NCBI RefSeq assembly: GCF_009914755.1
Contig: NC_060938.1
Origin: the human T2T-CHM13v2.0 reference genome, Homo sapiens
Direction: 5' to 3' (one strand)
Length of the DNA stretch: 64,000 nucleotides
Each line of letters begins with the position of its first letter. Positions within the stretch are counted from its first letter, which is position 1. The notes beneath the pieces are model-generated. The model was not told the DNA's origin and did no database searches. It saw nothing but the letters and a program-made list of their open reading frames with translations. The position numbers and the translations under genes were made by a program. Below, in pieces: positions 24,934 through 38,536 of this stretch.

Positions 24934-25280
24934 AAGTATATTAAAAGAGAAATAAGCAGCAAATATATATATAATATAATATATATTATAATATATAAAT
25001 ATGTAATATATGTAAATATATAATTATAATATATAAGTATATATAATTTATATTATATATAAAATATATTTTAATATACTTCAATATATTCAAGTAAATT
25101 AAAAGAATATATTAAATATATATTAGTTGTATATAAAATATTTTAATATACTTTAATAATATATTAATGTATATTACTATATATTAATTTTAATATACTT
25201 TAATAACATATTAAAGTATATTATTAAATATAATATAATAATAATAATAAAGTATATTAAAAGAGAAATAAGCAGCAAAT
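24934..25280. repeat. AT-rich insertion flanked by a perfect 31-bp direct repeat
   Basis: AAGTATATTAAAAGAGAAATAAGCAGCAAAT at 24934-24964 and 25250-25280. Confidence 0.92.
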
Positions 25281-26344
25281 GATCTTCAAGATAGTATAAT
25301 ATTGAGATCAGCCCTTCTCTGATCCTAATGGTTTCTTCTTGCCTAGTTTACTGTGGGCAACGATGCACACAGAAAATCAATGTAATAACTACATCTTGAT
25401 ATTTTCTGCTACTGGTTTATTTATGACACTCGAGGTCCCTGGGTTTCCTATACCCGTCTATATGGTGAAGATGCTTCTGTATACTCCTTCCTCACCATCC
25501 CACAGAATAAGTGAGCTCAATATCCTAAAAATAGGAAAATTAATTTGCATTATTTCTAAGAAGTGTTGTATATATCCACAATGGTGATTACATCACTGTT
25601 TCTCCCTATTGCTACCCAAATCATTCTTAATTTACCTTTCTGAGAATTTTACTCTTCATAGGATTTTAGAGGTAGAACATTTCTTAAAACTCTAGTTAAA
25701 AATCCCTCCTTTTGCTATGAAGAAACTGTCATAGAGGAAGATTTCATGACCTCAACATCACGCAGATTCTTGTTTTCCCCCAAAGCATTGCTTCTCTTGA
25801 GGAGATTTCACAGTTCACTCACCTACAGAGAATGTACCTGTACTCCTGGGTATTTCCATAGTCACCCTCTAGGTACTACGTCCCTGTAGATTAAGAATGG
25901 GAATTTTCTAGATGTGGTTAAAAGAGAAGCAGAAGCTTAGGAGAAGTAGGTGGGTGGATGTAAGACGAAGTAAATCTTTTTAAGCAACTTATCCAACCAC
26001 TGGTCTAAGAGTAAGCACTGATTTGGAATAGACATCCCCTCCTCAATGGCAACCTTAGAAAAAAATGCCCTAAGTCAATCTTCATGAGTGGCTTATCTCC
26101 CCCAAGAATTTCCCATAAACATAATTGCTTTGGGTTTTCTTGGCACAATTCCCAGCCTTTCTTGGGGTGTTACAGTGCATACCCAAGTATGTATAGTTTA
26201 TTTAGCCCAATTTTATTAAGGTCGTGGTATGTGCTGGATGAACCTCATTTTAGACACAGAAGATAGGAAAACAATATTTTTAAATTGCCATTGTGGAGTT
26301 CAAATTCCAGCTGCCTTTGGTAGTATGACAATAACAACATATGA

Positions 26345-26433
26345 TCCACTGATAAATCCTGCCAGTTGCATCTCCTAAATATTTTCTAAACAAATTATTC
26401 TTCTCTCCAAATAGTTATTGCTGTATTGTTTAA

Positions 26434-26486
<53 letters not shown>

Positions 26487-27105
26487 TGTTTGTTTTTCCT
26501 GTAATGTTGTCTTACTCCAGTTTATTCACATAGCAGCCAGGGTGATATTTCTAAATTGCAAATTGTATTAAGCTATTCTGTCGAGTTTTATTTTAAAACA
26601 TATTGAAAGAAAATTGGAAATCCAATTTTATTATTGTGGGCTACATTACTTGGTCTTTGACTAACTCTTTATTTTGTTCTTATGCTTCTACTAGTTGTGG
26701 GTCTTCTACAGTTCTTAGAAAGTCTTTCATGACACAAGGCCTTTTCATTTACTATTCTGTATTCTTAAAATGCTTTTCTTCAAACTTTCAAAGTTAGAAA
26801 AATGTCACCAACTCAGAACCTTTTCTAAAATACTCCATCACACACATACCACACCCATCATCATTTACTCTACCATTGCCTTCTTTTTATTTCCTGCTTG
26901 TCTTTTAGAACCAGTAGCAATTATTTTATTTTACTTATTTATATTTTATTTTATTTTTATTTGCTTGTTTACTTATTTATTGTCTATATTTTCAGAATGG
27001 AAGTTTGATGAGGCAGATATTGATTCTTCCTTGTTCATTGTTGTGTCTCAGCAGGTAGCATATAGTAGATACTCTCTAAATGTTTGTGGGATAAACAAAT
27101 GAATA
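26345..27105 (+). mobile_element. L2 fragments
   Basis: cacatagcagccagggtgatatttctaaattgcaaat; 3' end agtagatactctctaaatgtttgtgggataaacaaatgaat. Confidence 0.65.
26437..26482. repeat. (AT)23 microsatellite
   Basis: Pure AT dinucleotide run. Confidence 0.95.
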
Positions 27106-27314
27106 GTTTATAGAAGTGACACAGAAGCTATATATTTAGGAATAGACTTTTTAATATCACAGGTAGATAGCTTTGTTTTGACATGCATTAAATGACAAGT
27201 GCTGGACAGAATAGGAATTGTTGCATCATTTATGGTATTTTAGGTAATGGTTATGTTAATGTAGGGAAACTAGGTGTTTGTTCTTCCTTGAGGAAGTGAC
27301 ATGGTGTAGTGGTA

Positions 27315-27335
27315 TGTGTGTGTGTGTGTGTGTGT
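27315..27335. repeat. (TG)n microsatellite
   Basis: tgtgtgtgtgtgtgtgtgtgt. Confidence 0.9.
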
Positions 27336-28007
27336 TATGAGTAGTGGCTGAGCATTACTAGCTTTGGGAGTAGGGAGTTTGATTGGCTGCCTGACTATTG
27401 GATTAAGATGCTCCAGCAAAATATTTCTTTTCCACTTGACACTTGTGAAGGGTGGAGGACAGAGACACTCATCAAGAAGTGTGGAGGGATGAATCCTTTG
27501 TATTTTTGTCCTAAGGAATAAATGTGATTGATTTTGGTTCTTAATGCAAAGTATATACATCATTAGTTTCTAATTTTATGTTGTATCTTGAACACTGAGG
27601 TACAAAAGAAAATCTCTTTGACACTTTTTTCTGGTAAAATCACCCTTTCTATTCCATAATACCTGATGTATGTTTGTCTTTTCAAGACATCAACACTCAT
27701 TCACCTAAATTCTTTCTAGATTAGTGCCATTTTCTACTTCTGTTTTGGTGGAATGGGTATGGAGTAGAGCAGAGGAGGAAGGGGTGATTTGTGTGACGAC
27801 ACTCAGAATCATTGCATCATGTCCCCATAATAATAAAAAAAGCATATGATCTTGTAACGGTATTTACCGCTTTAAAATATTCACCTCCTTTCAATAATAA
27901 AGGGACAATTATTTACTTAGGAAAAAATAATCACTTCCATCTGGTCAAAAACTACATGGCATAATAGCAAAATATGTAAATGAGCTGAGTAAATCATAAT
28001 ATTTCAG

Positions 28008-28182
28008 ATGCTTTTGGTAGAAATTTATTTGATTGTTGGAACCTCATAGTTGACTTATCAGTGAATGTAAATGAGTTAGTATATAACTAGCTCAAGCCCT
28101 CATAACTAATAACACAAGTATATATTTATAAGCTATACCTGTTGCGTTATTAGTTATGGGGGCTATGAGCTGCTTCCTTCAG
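28008..28182 (+). other. Candidate non-coding 5' UTR exon of OR4M1
   Basis: Consensus donor CAG|GTAAGT (GT 28183-28184) and weak acceptor atttcag ending at 28007. Confidence 0.35.
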
Positions 28183-29758
28183 GTAAGTACAGTAAGATCA
28201 TTGTTTTTTGGAATCTTAGGAAATATGTCATTCTGGATAACCTTATTATCTTTCTTTTGATTAAAATCTTCCTAAACCAAATTTTAAATTTTTCAATCTT
28301 ATTAAATATGCTTAATTAACTCACTGAAGTCCATACTGGGCAATTTATGGACATGGGGAAATTGATCCCTTTTCTAAATAGTCCCACATTACTCAATTTC
28401 TGAGTATTTTTACCTTTCTTCCACTTGCTACCAGATTCCTGGAAAACACTGTTTTTGTGCGTGTGTGTGTCTGCTTGTAGTAAGCCATCCCTTCTTCAAA
28501 ATACAATGCTTCTATAAGATACTGAAAGCCATTTATCTATGTTTGTTAAAATTATGTATAAATTGAGTCAGTAGGTTCCAAAAATGGCGCATTTAATTTC
28601 TTTTCTCAGTAGTATACATAGTGCCCATAAGTGTTTGGACACAGCCACATCTGTTTGGTTTTACAGAACCTTAACTTTTTAAAAATTCCTTTTAATATTT
28701 AATTTTTTAAGCAATAGGAGAGGCAATATCATAAAATATCACATCAACAGAAAAGAAACAACTCTCTTGTATTTGCTGTTGGTTACAACAAAACTTACCT
28801 TGGTGTGGCAGTTTTTAACCTTACTTAAAGAAAAGCATATTTGGTAACGTGAACTGTTATTTCATTTTTATTTGACAAGTTTTGTTCTACTTAGTGGTGT
28901 CAGGTTCAATACAGGGCAGTAAGCAAAATTTTAAAAATAATATTATTCCCATTGTCACCTTGAAACAGCAGAGCGGATCAGCTCAGAATCAAATTGGGTA
29001 GCAAGCATACTCATTTCCCAGATCACTACACCTACTTAAGTTCCTGCAATGGTGAGCAAATTTCATACTCAATGTAGTATCAGGTATTGATGAATCTGGT
29101 CACAGCTAGAAGAATTTTTTATATAGGGCCTTGCATAGCTGTATGTTGTGGCTGGTTACCTGTTACCAAGGATTAAGCTATACAGGTTTTGGTTACGCTT
29201 ATGGAAAAATATGTCCATTCAGTACTTATGAAGCCTTGGGATCTCTTTTCTGTATCACAACTAAAATACTGCTAGATCTGTATGTGTGCTATTAGAATGC
29301 AAGCCTAAGTTTCCAGGTTGGCATGATTTTGCAACAAAAAATAAGATCTAGAAAAAAGAGGCCACATCTCTGATTGCCAGTCTAAAATTTGGCTACACTC
29401 AGAAGTAGCTTCACATATTGCTTACTAATGTAGATGTTTGGGGGAAGAAGTAGTGCATTGCCGAATTTCAGAAAAAGTAAGATTTTTAACATTAACAAGC
29501 CGAGATTTGAGTTTCAAATATATGCCACACTTCATATAGTTTTAGTGTTCCCAATTTATAAGTTCATCACATACTTTCTCTTTCTTGGTTTATCAAATAT
29601 AAAATGGGCAACCAAATGTATCCTCATGTAATCTGTTAGTGACAGAAAACGTATGACAATTTTGAAAGCAGTGATATAACTCTAGATAAATGCTATGTGG
29701 ACTAATTATAGTTTCTTTAATTTTCATAGTTATATTATGAAAAGAGTAAATTGAAGAA

Positions 29759-30700
29759 ATGGAAACTGCAAATTACACCAAGGTGACAGAATTTGTTCTC
29801 ACTGGCCTATCCCAGACTCGGGAGGTCCAACTAGTCCTATTTGTTATATTTCTATCCTTCTATTTGTTCATCCTACCAGGAAATATCCTTATCATTTGCA
29901 CCATCAGGCTAGACCCTCATCTGACTTCTCCTATGTATTTCCTGTTGGCTAATCTGGCCCTCCTTGATATTTGGTACTCTTCCATTACAGCCCCTAAAAT
30001 GCTCATAGACTTCTTTGTGGAGAGGAAGATAATTTCCTTTGGTGGATGCATTGCACAGCTCTTCTTCTTACACTTTGTTGGGGCTTCGGAGATGTTCTTG
30101 CTCACAGTGATGGCCTATGACCGCTATGCTGCTATCTGCCGACCCCTCCACTATGCTACCATCATGAATCGACGTCTCTGCTGTATCCTGGTGGCTCTCT
30201 CCTGGATGGGGGGCTTCATTCATTCTATAATACAGGTGGCTCTCATTGTTCGACTTCCTTTCTGTGGGCCCAATGAGTTAGACAGTTACTTCTGTGACAT
30301 CACACAGGTTGTCCGGATTGCCTGTGCCAACACCTTCCCAGAGGAGTTAGTGATGATCTGTAGTAGTGGTCTGATCTCTGTGGTGTGTTTCATTGCTCTG
30401 TTAATGTCCTATGCCTTCCTTCTGGCCTTGCTCAAGAAACATTCAGGCTCAGGTGAGAATACCAACAGGGCCATGTCCACCTGCTATTCCCACATTACCA
30501 TTGTGGTGCTAATGTTTGGGCCATCCATCTACATTTATGCTCGCCCATTTGACTCATTTTCCCTAGATAAAGTGGTGTCTGTGTTTCATACTGTAATATT
30601 CCCTTTACTTAATCCCATTATTTACACATTGAGAAACAAGGAAGTAAAGGCAGCCATGAGGAAGGTGGTCACCAAATATATTTTGTGTGAAGAGAAGTGA
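29759..30700 (+). CDS. OR4M1: Olfactory receptor 4M1, intact (313 aa)
   Basis: ATG start, NYT site, [36 protein letters not shown]. Residues such as QTREV, TIRLD, MAYDRYA and ...KYILCEEK fit my recollection of OR4M1 rather than OR4M2. Splice acceptor ttttcatag ends at 29729. Confidence 0.95.
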   Translation: METANYTKVTEFVLTGLSQTREVQLVLFVIFLSFYLFILPGNILIICTIRLDPHLTSPMYFLLANLALLDIWYSSITAPKMLIDFFVERKIISFGGCIAQLFFLHFVGASEMFLLTVMAYDRYAAICRPLHYATIMNRRLCCILVALSWMGGFIHSIIQVALIVRLPFCGPNELDSYFCDITQVVRIACANTFPEELVMICSSGLISVVCFIALLMSYAFLLALLKKHSGSGENTNRAMSTCYSHITIVVLMFGPSIYIYARPFDSFSLDKVVSVFHTVIFPLLNPIIYTLRNKEVKAAMRKVVTKYILCEEK

Positions 30701-32685
30701 AAGATAAATTATACATTTTATAGTCCTCCTGAGGATCATTGTCCTAAAGCAGGAAGTATTTGCAGTAATAATGCTGCATTCACTTCCTCCGTTCATTTGT
30801 GTTCTTAAAATTTTACTATAATTTTTCTCTATTAATTCCTCTTTATATTGAAAAAATAGAGGCATTAAGATGAAAATAAATTTACTCACACCTACCCTGA
30901 AATTCCAGGCAGATCATTATTAGAATTTGAGATATAATAATAATCTGCTAAAGTACATTTTAACTAATTGTTTATTGAGTAACTACTCTGCAGAGGCTCT
31001 GGCTTTGAGGGGAACATGTTGATAAAAATAAATAAGACATGGAGACGTGTCCATTACAAATATGAAGTAAATGGCAAGCATATGGATGCAGCTAGCTTCA
31101 AGTTAGCAAATAAATATTGTCAAGTTTCAGTGTTGGCTCAGTGGAATGGTATCTGGTAAACATCTTGCTGGGTCTGGAAAAACAGATTATTTGTCCTTTA
31201 TCTCCTCTTATTTCCAGAGTTGATGGAAAATGAGGATTCATTTATAGAAGGTATTTCAGTTTATATTTCAGGTGGTGTCCATTCAACAGTTGGAGACAGA
31301 ACTCAAAATTTTATCACATTATGAAAACAAATTTTATGAATTCAAAGCAGAGTATAATTTGGCTGATACATGAGATTCATGTCATTCCAGATGAAGCCTC
31401 CAGGCAACTAGCAATTTTTATAGCCAGTCCCTACTTACATCCTTCAGAGTGAAAGCAGGCTTGGGGAGAAAGCTTCTAGGTTGACTGGAATTGGTAGACA
31501 TCTAGCCGTGTAGTTTTTTTCTAAACTATCATCTCCTTTGCCACTTTTGTATGTTTTCCGTAATTGCTAATCCTGCCTCTCATGTTAAACTTAAATTGGT
31601 TAGGTGCTGTTTTTGTTAGCGCTTAATTCAGAGTTATTTCCCATTGAGAGACCTGGATGTGTTGGTTCCCATGATCCCTTAGAGAATTATTAGGGACTGA
31701 TTTCCTATTTTCAAGCACTAAAAACTCACTCTCCAAGCTTCTGAATGTAAGAGGTAGATTAGAACATTTGATTTTATAGGTTATGTTTTTTACTTAAATT
31801 TATTAGTTTTTCATTTCAAAACTAGGAAATATTTTCATTGAAGGGCAAGAATGCATTGGGTGTATTAAGCTTTAGTCTTCTTTTTTAAATTTGATAATGT
31901 AATATGGACTAAATTTTAAGTGAATTAGATCCTTGTCAACATTAGGAATGAATATATAAAAATAAATCGTATAACTATTCCTAGAGTTACTATTTATTTA
32001 CAGAGATTTATTTATTAATTGAGGAGGTAATTTATGCCAGACCCAGTGTACCTCGGATGCACAGGATGGAATGGTGGTACACAAAGCTTGTTTTTTGCTT
32101 TGGGAATTTTTCCTTATGGTGACCTTCTTCGATCTTCAATGCTACGTTACTTCTCTTCTAGGAACCCAAAGGCATGGATTGATGTTATGAGTCCTGATTT
32201 TTGAGTTGACTTCTCATCACCTGGAAGTGAATAAAGCAGTAGACTTCTCTAACATTTTGTAACACAGCATGAAAAAATATAAAGTACAAAAGATATATAT
32301 ATATAATATGATAAAATGATGAGTTATGTTTCTAAATCTTTTATCATCTTACTGTCATTTCTCTGTATTTGATCTAGCCAGACTTCTATTCATTTTGTCA
32401 CTTATCTTTCATCAAACTAGGGCTGATGTTCTTTGGAAAGGGACCACTGATTTGATATGCTCTTCAAACACCAGCACACTGTACTACAGAAGGATATTTA
32501 CTGAAAATACTGAAGCTAGTAATACAAAGGAAAAAGGCATAAAAACAGTAGTGTGATAACTAATTGCTTACTTGGGAATATTATCTGAAATTAGAAACTA
32601 ATATCAATGAAGAAAAAGGGGAACTTTTGGCAAACTCTAGTAAGTAATAACTGAGCCTGATTCATGGAGGACATAATTGGAATAA

Positions 32686-32899
32686 GGACTGAGAGCAATT
32701 TCACCCCTTGGAGGACATTTGGAAGTGCCCAGAGACATTTGTGGTGGTCACAACTGAGGACGTATATTGGCATCTTGTACTATTTAGACATCTTACAATG
32801 CACAGGACAGCCCCCAGCCCCTGACTCCCACATGAATTATCTGGCCCAAAATGTCAATAGTGCCGAGAATGAAGAACTCCATCAGGTTGAGAAACTCTG
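32686..32899 (+). mobile_element. MER20 (hAT-Charlie) DNA transposon
   Basis: ggacatttgg...gagacatt...gtcacaactg; acaatgcacaggacagcccc; ctggcccaaaatgtcaatagtgccgag; ggttgagaaactctg. Confidence 0.88.
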
Positions 32900-33784
32900 A
32901 CTTAAATAATGGGCAGGGATAAGGCAGGTTAGTGTAGAAGAAATAGGTGTTAACCTCATATGCAATGTTGTGTCATTGAATATTGTTTCCAAATAGCTCA
33001 GTATCCTCAGCAATCACATACAAAATATGCCTCAGGACTCCTTTTCCCTATATAACTCCTACATTTTCTTTCAGTTACTTTTAAATGTCTTTTAATCTCT
33101 TTTTTTCTTTCAGTCTCTCCTAGTCCTCCTTCTTTCAAAACTGCTGCTGAGCTACTATGTTTAAAATCAGCAATATCTCAATTGAGTAAATTATCTTTAG
33201 CTCAGTATTGTGATTATACTTTCAATTATACACTGACTTGTGTGAGACTTTAGAACCCAAGTCCCATTCATCTTCTGGCTTTTTGCTAATCTCAGTATTA
33301 ACCAGAATTTTATTATTACATCTGGTTAAAAAAGAGCTTTATTGCTCAAACAAAATTAAAGTTTTTTTGTTTTTTTAATTACTAAAAGAATATATATTCA
33401 TTGAAAGTTAAAAACATATGAATATATAAAGAACAAAACAAGTATCACTGGCAATCGCTTTTCTCAGGGATTTTCTTTAACAAGGTTTATAAAGTCTCAC
33501 CCCTCCAGCTCCATTGGAAGCAGGCCAGTTGGCCTATCATGCATTGTTCCAAAATATAATTACCATTAAATAGAGGTCCAGGTGAAGACAAGCTACAACA
33601 TGCTTTACATAAATAAGTGTAACCCTCAGATTTTATATCCCACAAAACTGGCATTTAAATAAAAAGGCCACAAAGTTTTAAATATGCAACAAAAATCTGA
33701 GAATGTTGTTTTTAAGACCTCTTTTGATGAAATTATCAGAGAACAAGTTACAGTCAAACATATGACTAGGACAAAAGGCTGGGT

Positions 33785-33821
<37 letters not shown>

Positions 33822-33823
33822 CA
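33785..33823. repeat. Compound (CA)n(TA)n microsatellite
   Basis: Directly visible; abuts the left TIR of MER44. Confidence 0.9.
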
Positions 33824-34366
33824 CAGTAGTCCTCTTTTATCCATAGGAGATATGTTCCAAGACACCTGTGAATGCCTGAAACCATGGATAGTACCAAACC
33901 CTATATATACTGTGTTTTTCTTATACACACATGCCTATGATAAAGTTTAATTTATAAATTAGGCACAGTAACAGATTTATAACAACTAATAATAAAATAG
34001 AACAATTATAACAATATGGCAACATTACTACTTTTGCACTTTGGGCCATTATTAAATAGAATAAGGATTACTTGAACAGAAGCACTGTGATGCTGTGTCT
34101 AACTGATAACCAAGGTGGCTACTAAGTGACTAATGTGCAGGTGGCATGTATAACATGGATACACTGGCCAAAGGGATGGCTCATGTCCCTGGAAGGATGG
34201 AGAAAGAGAGCTTGAGATTTCATCATGCTACTTAGAATGCGGCATAATTTAAAACTTATGAATTGTTTGCTGCTGGAATGTTCCATTTAACATTTTTTGG
34301 ACTGAAGTTGACCATGGACAGCAGAAACTACAGAAAGCAGACATTGTGGATAAGAGGGGGCTACTG
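33824..34366 (+). mobile_element. MER44B-like (Tigger7-derived) DNA transposon
   Basis: TIRs cagtagtcctcttttatccat ... gtggataagagggggctactg, followed by TA; internal atgataaagtttaatttataaattaggcacagtaa. Confidence 0.88.
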
Positions 34367-34414
34367 TATTTAATCTAATATTAGGCTTATTAAACTATAA
34401 ACCTAAGACTAATT

Positions 34415-34744
<330 letters not shown>

Positions 34745-35367
34745 CTAAAACTAAGGTAAGCAAGGTAGAACTGTACGAAATACTATCTGCTGTGACAATG
34801 CAGAAACCATAGAACTCTACTCCATTTCCATCCTGTGGATCTCTCACTAAAAAAAGAAGAAAAGATATGTTTTGGATAAACATCTTTAAAAATATAAAAT
34901 TCGGAAGCCAGAGAAATAAATGAACAGAAATCAGCTTTTACTGTGAAGACTTACATTCTGTTTTCAAGACTGGTGGTGGGGCTGCAGATGGATAGCAGAC
35001 AGAGCCCAGGATTCACACCATGGTATATTCACCCAATGATATATTCCAAAACTACCTAAGGTCCCAAAGGATATATATTCTTAGGGTAGTATAAAATAAC
35101 TTTTTAAAAAATCCCACCACCTCAAAAATGCAAAAGAGATAAAAGAAAAATTAATGAAACACAAATGGGATCACACATTTTTTGAGTTTGAAATTCCTTG
35201 CAAGTTGATAATTTTGTTCACTGCATGCTAATAATTTTGTTCAAAGTTTCTGGTTCCAGACTTGTAATGCCTCTTTACAGAAGGAAACACCAATATCTTC
35301 TGGAGGTTCTTATGTTTATTCCAGGACTCAAAATATTCTGTAGATAGACTTTCAAGGAATAAGAGCT

Positions 35368-35730
<363 letters not shown>

Positions 35731-36208
35731 TCAGAAGAACAACACAGAGAAAGACCAAAACCACAAAAGAGATATAGAATGTAAATTAAGTAGATTTGGT
35801 ATGTTTAAAAAAACAAAGAAAGGAATGAAAATATGAAGAGGGATAAAGACGCTGTAAAAATAAACAGAAAATATTAAGAAAAAGAGAAATTCAGATTCAG
35901 ATTAAAAATTCAACAAATGTATTTAGTTGTAAATTAGAATCAGTAACTTAGCATATACAGCTAAGGAACTGAATTATGCAGGGAAGAAACATACTGGTAG
36001 GAAGAGACTAAAAGACATTGAAAATAGAACAAAACGATCTAAATATATCTCATTAATTTCAAAGGAAAGGGTAGATAAAATGTAGTGGAGGCTATATTAA
36101 AGAAATATTGCTGACATTTTTCCAAACCTAATAAAAGACACCAAACTTCATAATCAGGAATCCCACCAAAATATTAATAGGATAAATGTTTTAAAATACA
36201 CATTTAGG

Positions 36209-36535
36209 GGGCAGGTGTGGTGACTCGTACCTATAATCCCAACACTTTGGGAGGCCAAGGCGGGCAGATCACTTGAGCACAAGAGTTTGAGAGCAACTGA
36301 ACTACATGGCGAAACCCGGTCTCTACAAAAAAACAAAAAAAAATTAGCTGGGGTGGTGATGCCTAATTGTAGTCCCAGCTACTCTGGAGGCTGAGGTGAG
36401 AGATCAATGGAGCCTGGGAGTTTGAGGCTGCAGTGAGCTATGATCCCAACAGTGCACTGTGTGTCACCCTAAGTGACAGAACCAGACTCTGCGACAAGAA
36501 AAAAACAAAAAGCAAAACAAAACAAAACAAAAAAA
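36209..36535 (+). mobile_element. Alu (AluJ-like)
   Basis: gatcacttgagcacaagagtttgag, gaggctgcagtgagctatgat; degenerate TSD aaaatacacatttagg/aagatgcacatttggg. Confidence 0.92.
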
Positions 36536-36649
36536 GATGCACATTTGGGCACATAATAGTAGAACTGCAGATCAACAAAGACAACTAAGCAGACGTTGAA
36601 AGCAGAGATCATCTTCAAGGGAAAGGCAGTCAGGATAGTATCTCACTGG

Positions 36650-37030
36650 TTTCCTTCCTTCCTTCCTTCCTTCCTTCCTTCCTTCCTTCCTTCCTTCTTT
36701 CCTTTTCTTTCTTCTTGTTTTCCTTTTTTTTTTTTTTTTTTTTTTTTGTTTGTAGCAGAGTCTCACTCTGTATCTCATGCTCCAGGGCAGTGGCTCGATC
36801 TCGGTTCACTAAAGCCTTTGCCTCCCAGGTTCAAGCAGTTCTCCTGCCTCAGCCTCCTGAGTAGCTGGGATTACAGGCCTGTGCCACCATGCTCGAGTAA
36901 TTTTTGTATTTTTAGTAGAGAAGAGGTTTCATTATGTTGGCCAGGCTGGTCTTGAACTCCTGGCCTCAAATGATCCACCCGCCTCTGCCTCCCAAAGTGC
37001 TGGGACAGGCATGAGCCACCGCACCCGGCT
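36650..37030 (-). mobile_element. Alu (AluS/J) with a (TTCC)n-expanded tail
   Basis: Antisense dimer; (TTCC)n at about 36651-36697; TSD core atctcact at 36640 and 37032. Confidence 0.93.
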
Positions 37031-37139
37031 GATCTCACTTCTTTAACAACAAAAATGTAAACCAGTGAAGAGTTATATTATGACAAGAGAAAATAGTTTT
37101 CATCTCAGTGAAAATATAATCAAATAATAGCTTCTTCAG

Positions 37140-37512
37140 AGCTGGATTATACTCCTAAATGTAGTAACTAGAAATATAAGTATCTAGAAGAAAACATAGA
37201 AGAATATATTTGCTTACAAAATTGGAATAAGTAATGATTTCTTAAGCAGCATAAAAGCAGCTGTAATCATAAAAAGTGATCAAATGAACCTCAAAAAATT
37301 AAAAATTACTGCTCATCAAGATATACTATCATCAAAATAATAAGAAAACCATACACTGGGAGGAAAATTTGGTCTCTCTTAATCTCCCTGTTTCTCTCTG
37401 TCTTCAAGTAAAGAAAAATCAGCAAAAAATTTGAACAGACATTCCAGAAAAGAAGATACAGAAGTGATTAGCAAGTTCATGAAAAGATGCATGTCATTAC
37501 TCAGCAGGGAAT
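37140..37512 (+). mobile_element. Old L1M late-ORF2 fragment (continues at 38537)
   Basis: ctagaagaaaacatagaagaatat; tttgaacagacattccagaaaagaagatac. Confidence 0.7.
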
Positions 37513-38536
37513 GGTCCATAGCACACAATCAAGTGTTCAGGCAGAGCACGCTCCCACTACTCTGAGAAACAGGACAAACTAGCTTAGAAGGAAAAGAGGA
37601 AGGAGTTTATCTAGTGCCCCAGGATCATATAACATATTGGAGACTAGACACGTCCATAAAAATGACTCAGTTTCCCCATTGCTTGTTAGTGCTGCCTGGT
37701 CAGTGGACCAGATTCCTCTTTGGCACTAGGAAGGCAGTCAGTTCTCATCCCCTTCAGAGGAATCTTTCTAGAAGCTTATATAGCCAATTACCAATACGTC
37801 GTCACCCTCACGTGCTCTCTCCTGGACCCCGGATGCTCTACCAACATGGAGAAATATAGTGAGTGCCTCCAGGTACTCAGTCCCAGGCACTTGACACTCT
37901 AGACTATGCAGCAGCTCTGGGAGGACTCAGCTTTCCGAGCTCCACAATTTTATGTTGGGAGCCTGTGGCAACTACTGACAAAAACAATGTAGCTGCCATC
38001 AAGATGTAGACCTTTTCTGCTGCACCAATTGTTTTAAAGGTGCCTGGTATTTATTTTAATCAGGAATGGTAAGACACACTGTCATGGAAATGACTGTCAT
38101 GAAAGGAAGAAGTTTTTAGACTCACAAATCCCTAGAAATAGGAGGTTGGTTAGGTGATTGGGGAAATGGGAAAAATGTGGGTAAGAGCCTTTATCATAGT
38201 TTCTGTGGAAATAAATGGATGGGGCAGGATAAGCAGGTTTAGGATTGGCTAGATTGAATAATTCCAGTGGGCTCTGGAGGATAGGGGCTGTCTCTAAGTG
38301 TCTGGTACTTGGCCCTAGGGTGATTAAGGAAGGGAAATAGTGGCCTGGAGTGTAATAGCGCTATAGGTGCCTGATAAAAGAAGTGGCTGGAGTATGGGTT
38401 CTGGATTGGTTGCAAGTGAGGCTTTTACCATCTCTAGGAATTGGCTAGCCATAGGAGGGACAGTTCTTCCAGGGTTAGGAAGGCACAAGATATCAAAGTA
38501 TTAGAAATGCAGAAAATATAATGGCATAAGTAAAAC
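37513..38536 (-). mobile_element. Truncated ERVL-class provirus: LTR (38030-38536, MER76-like), PBS and about 0.5 kb of internal leader
   Basis: On the minus strand the LTR ends ...ACA, then AT, then TGGTGCAGCAG (PBS-like, from 38027 leftward); the LTR has a CCAAT box (ggattggctag on the + strand). Confidence 0.65.
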
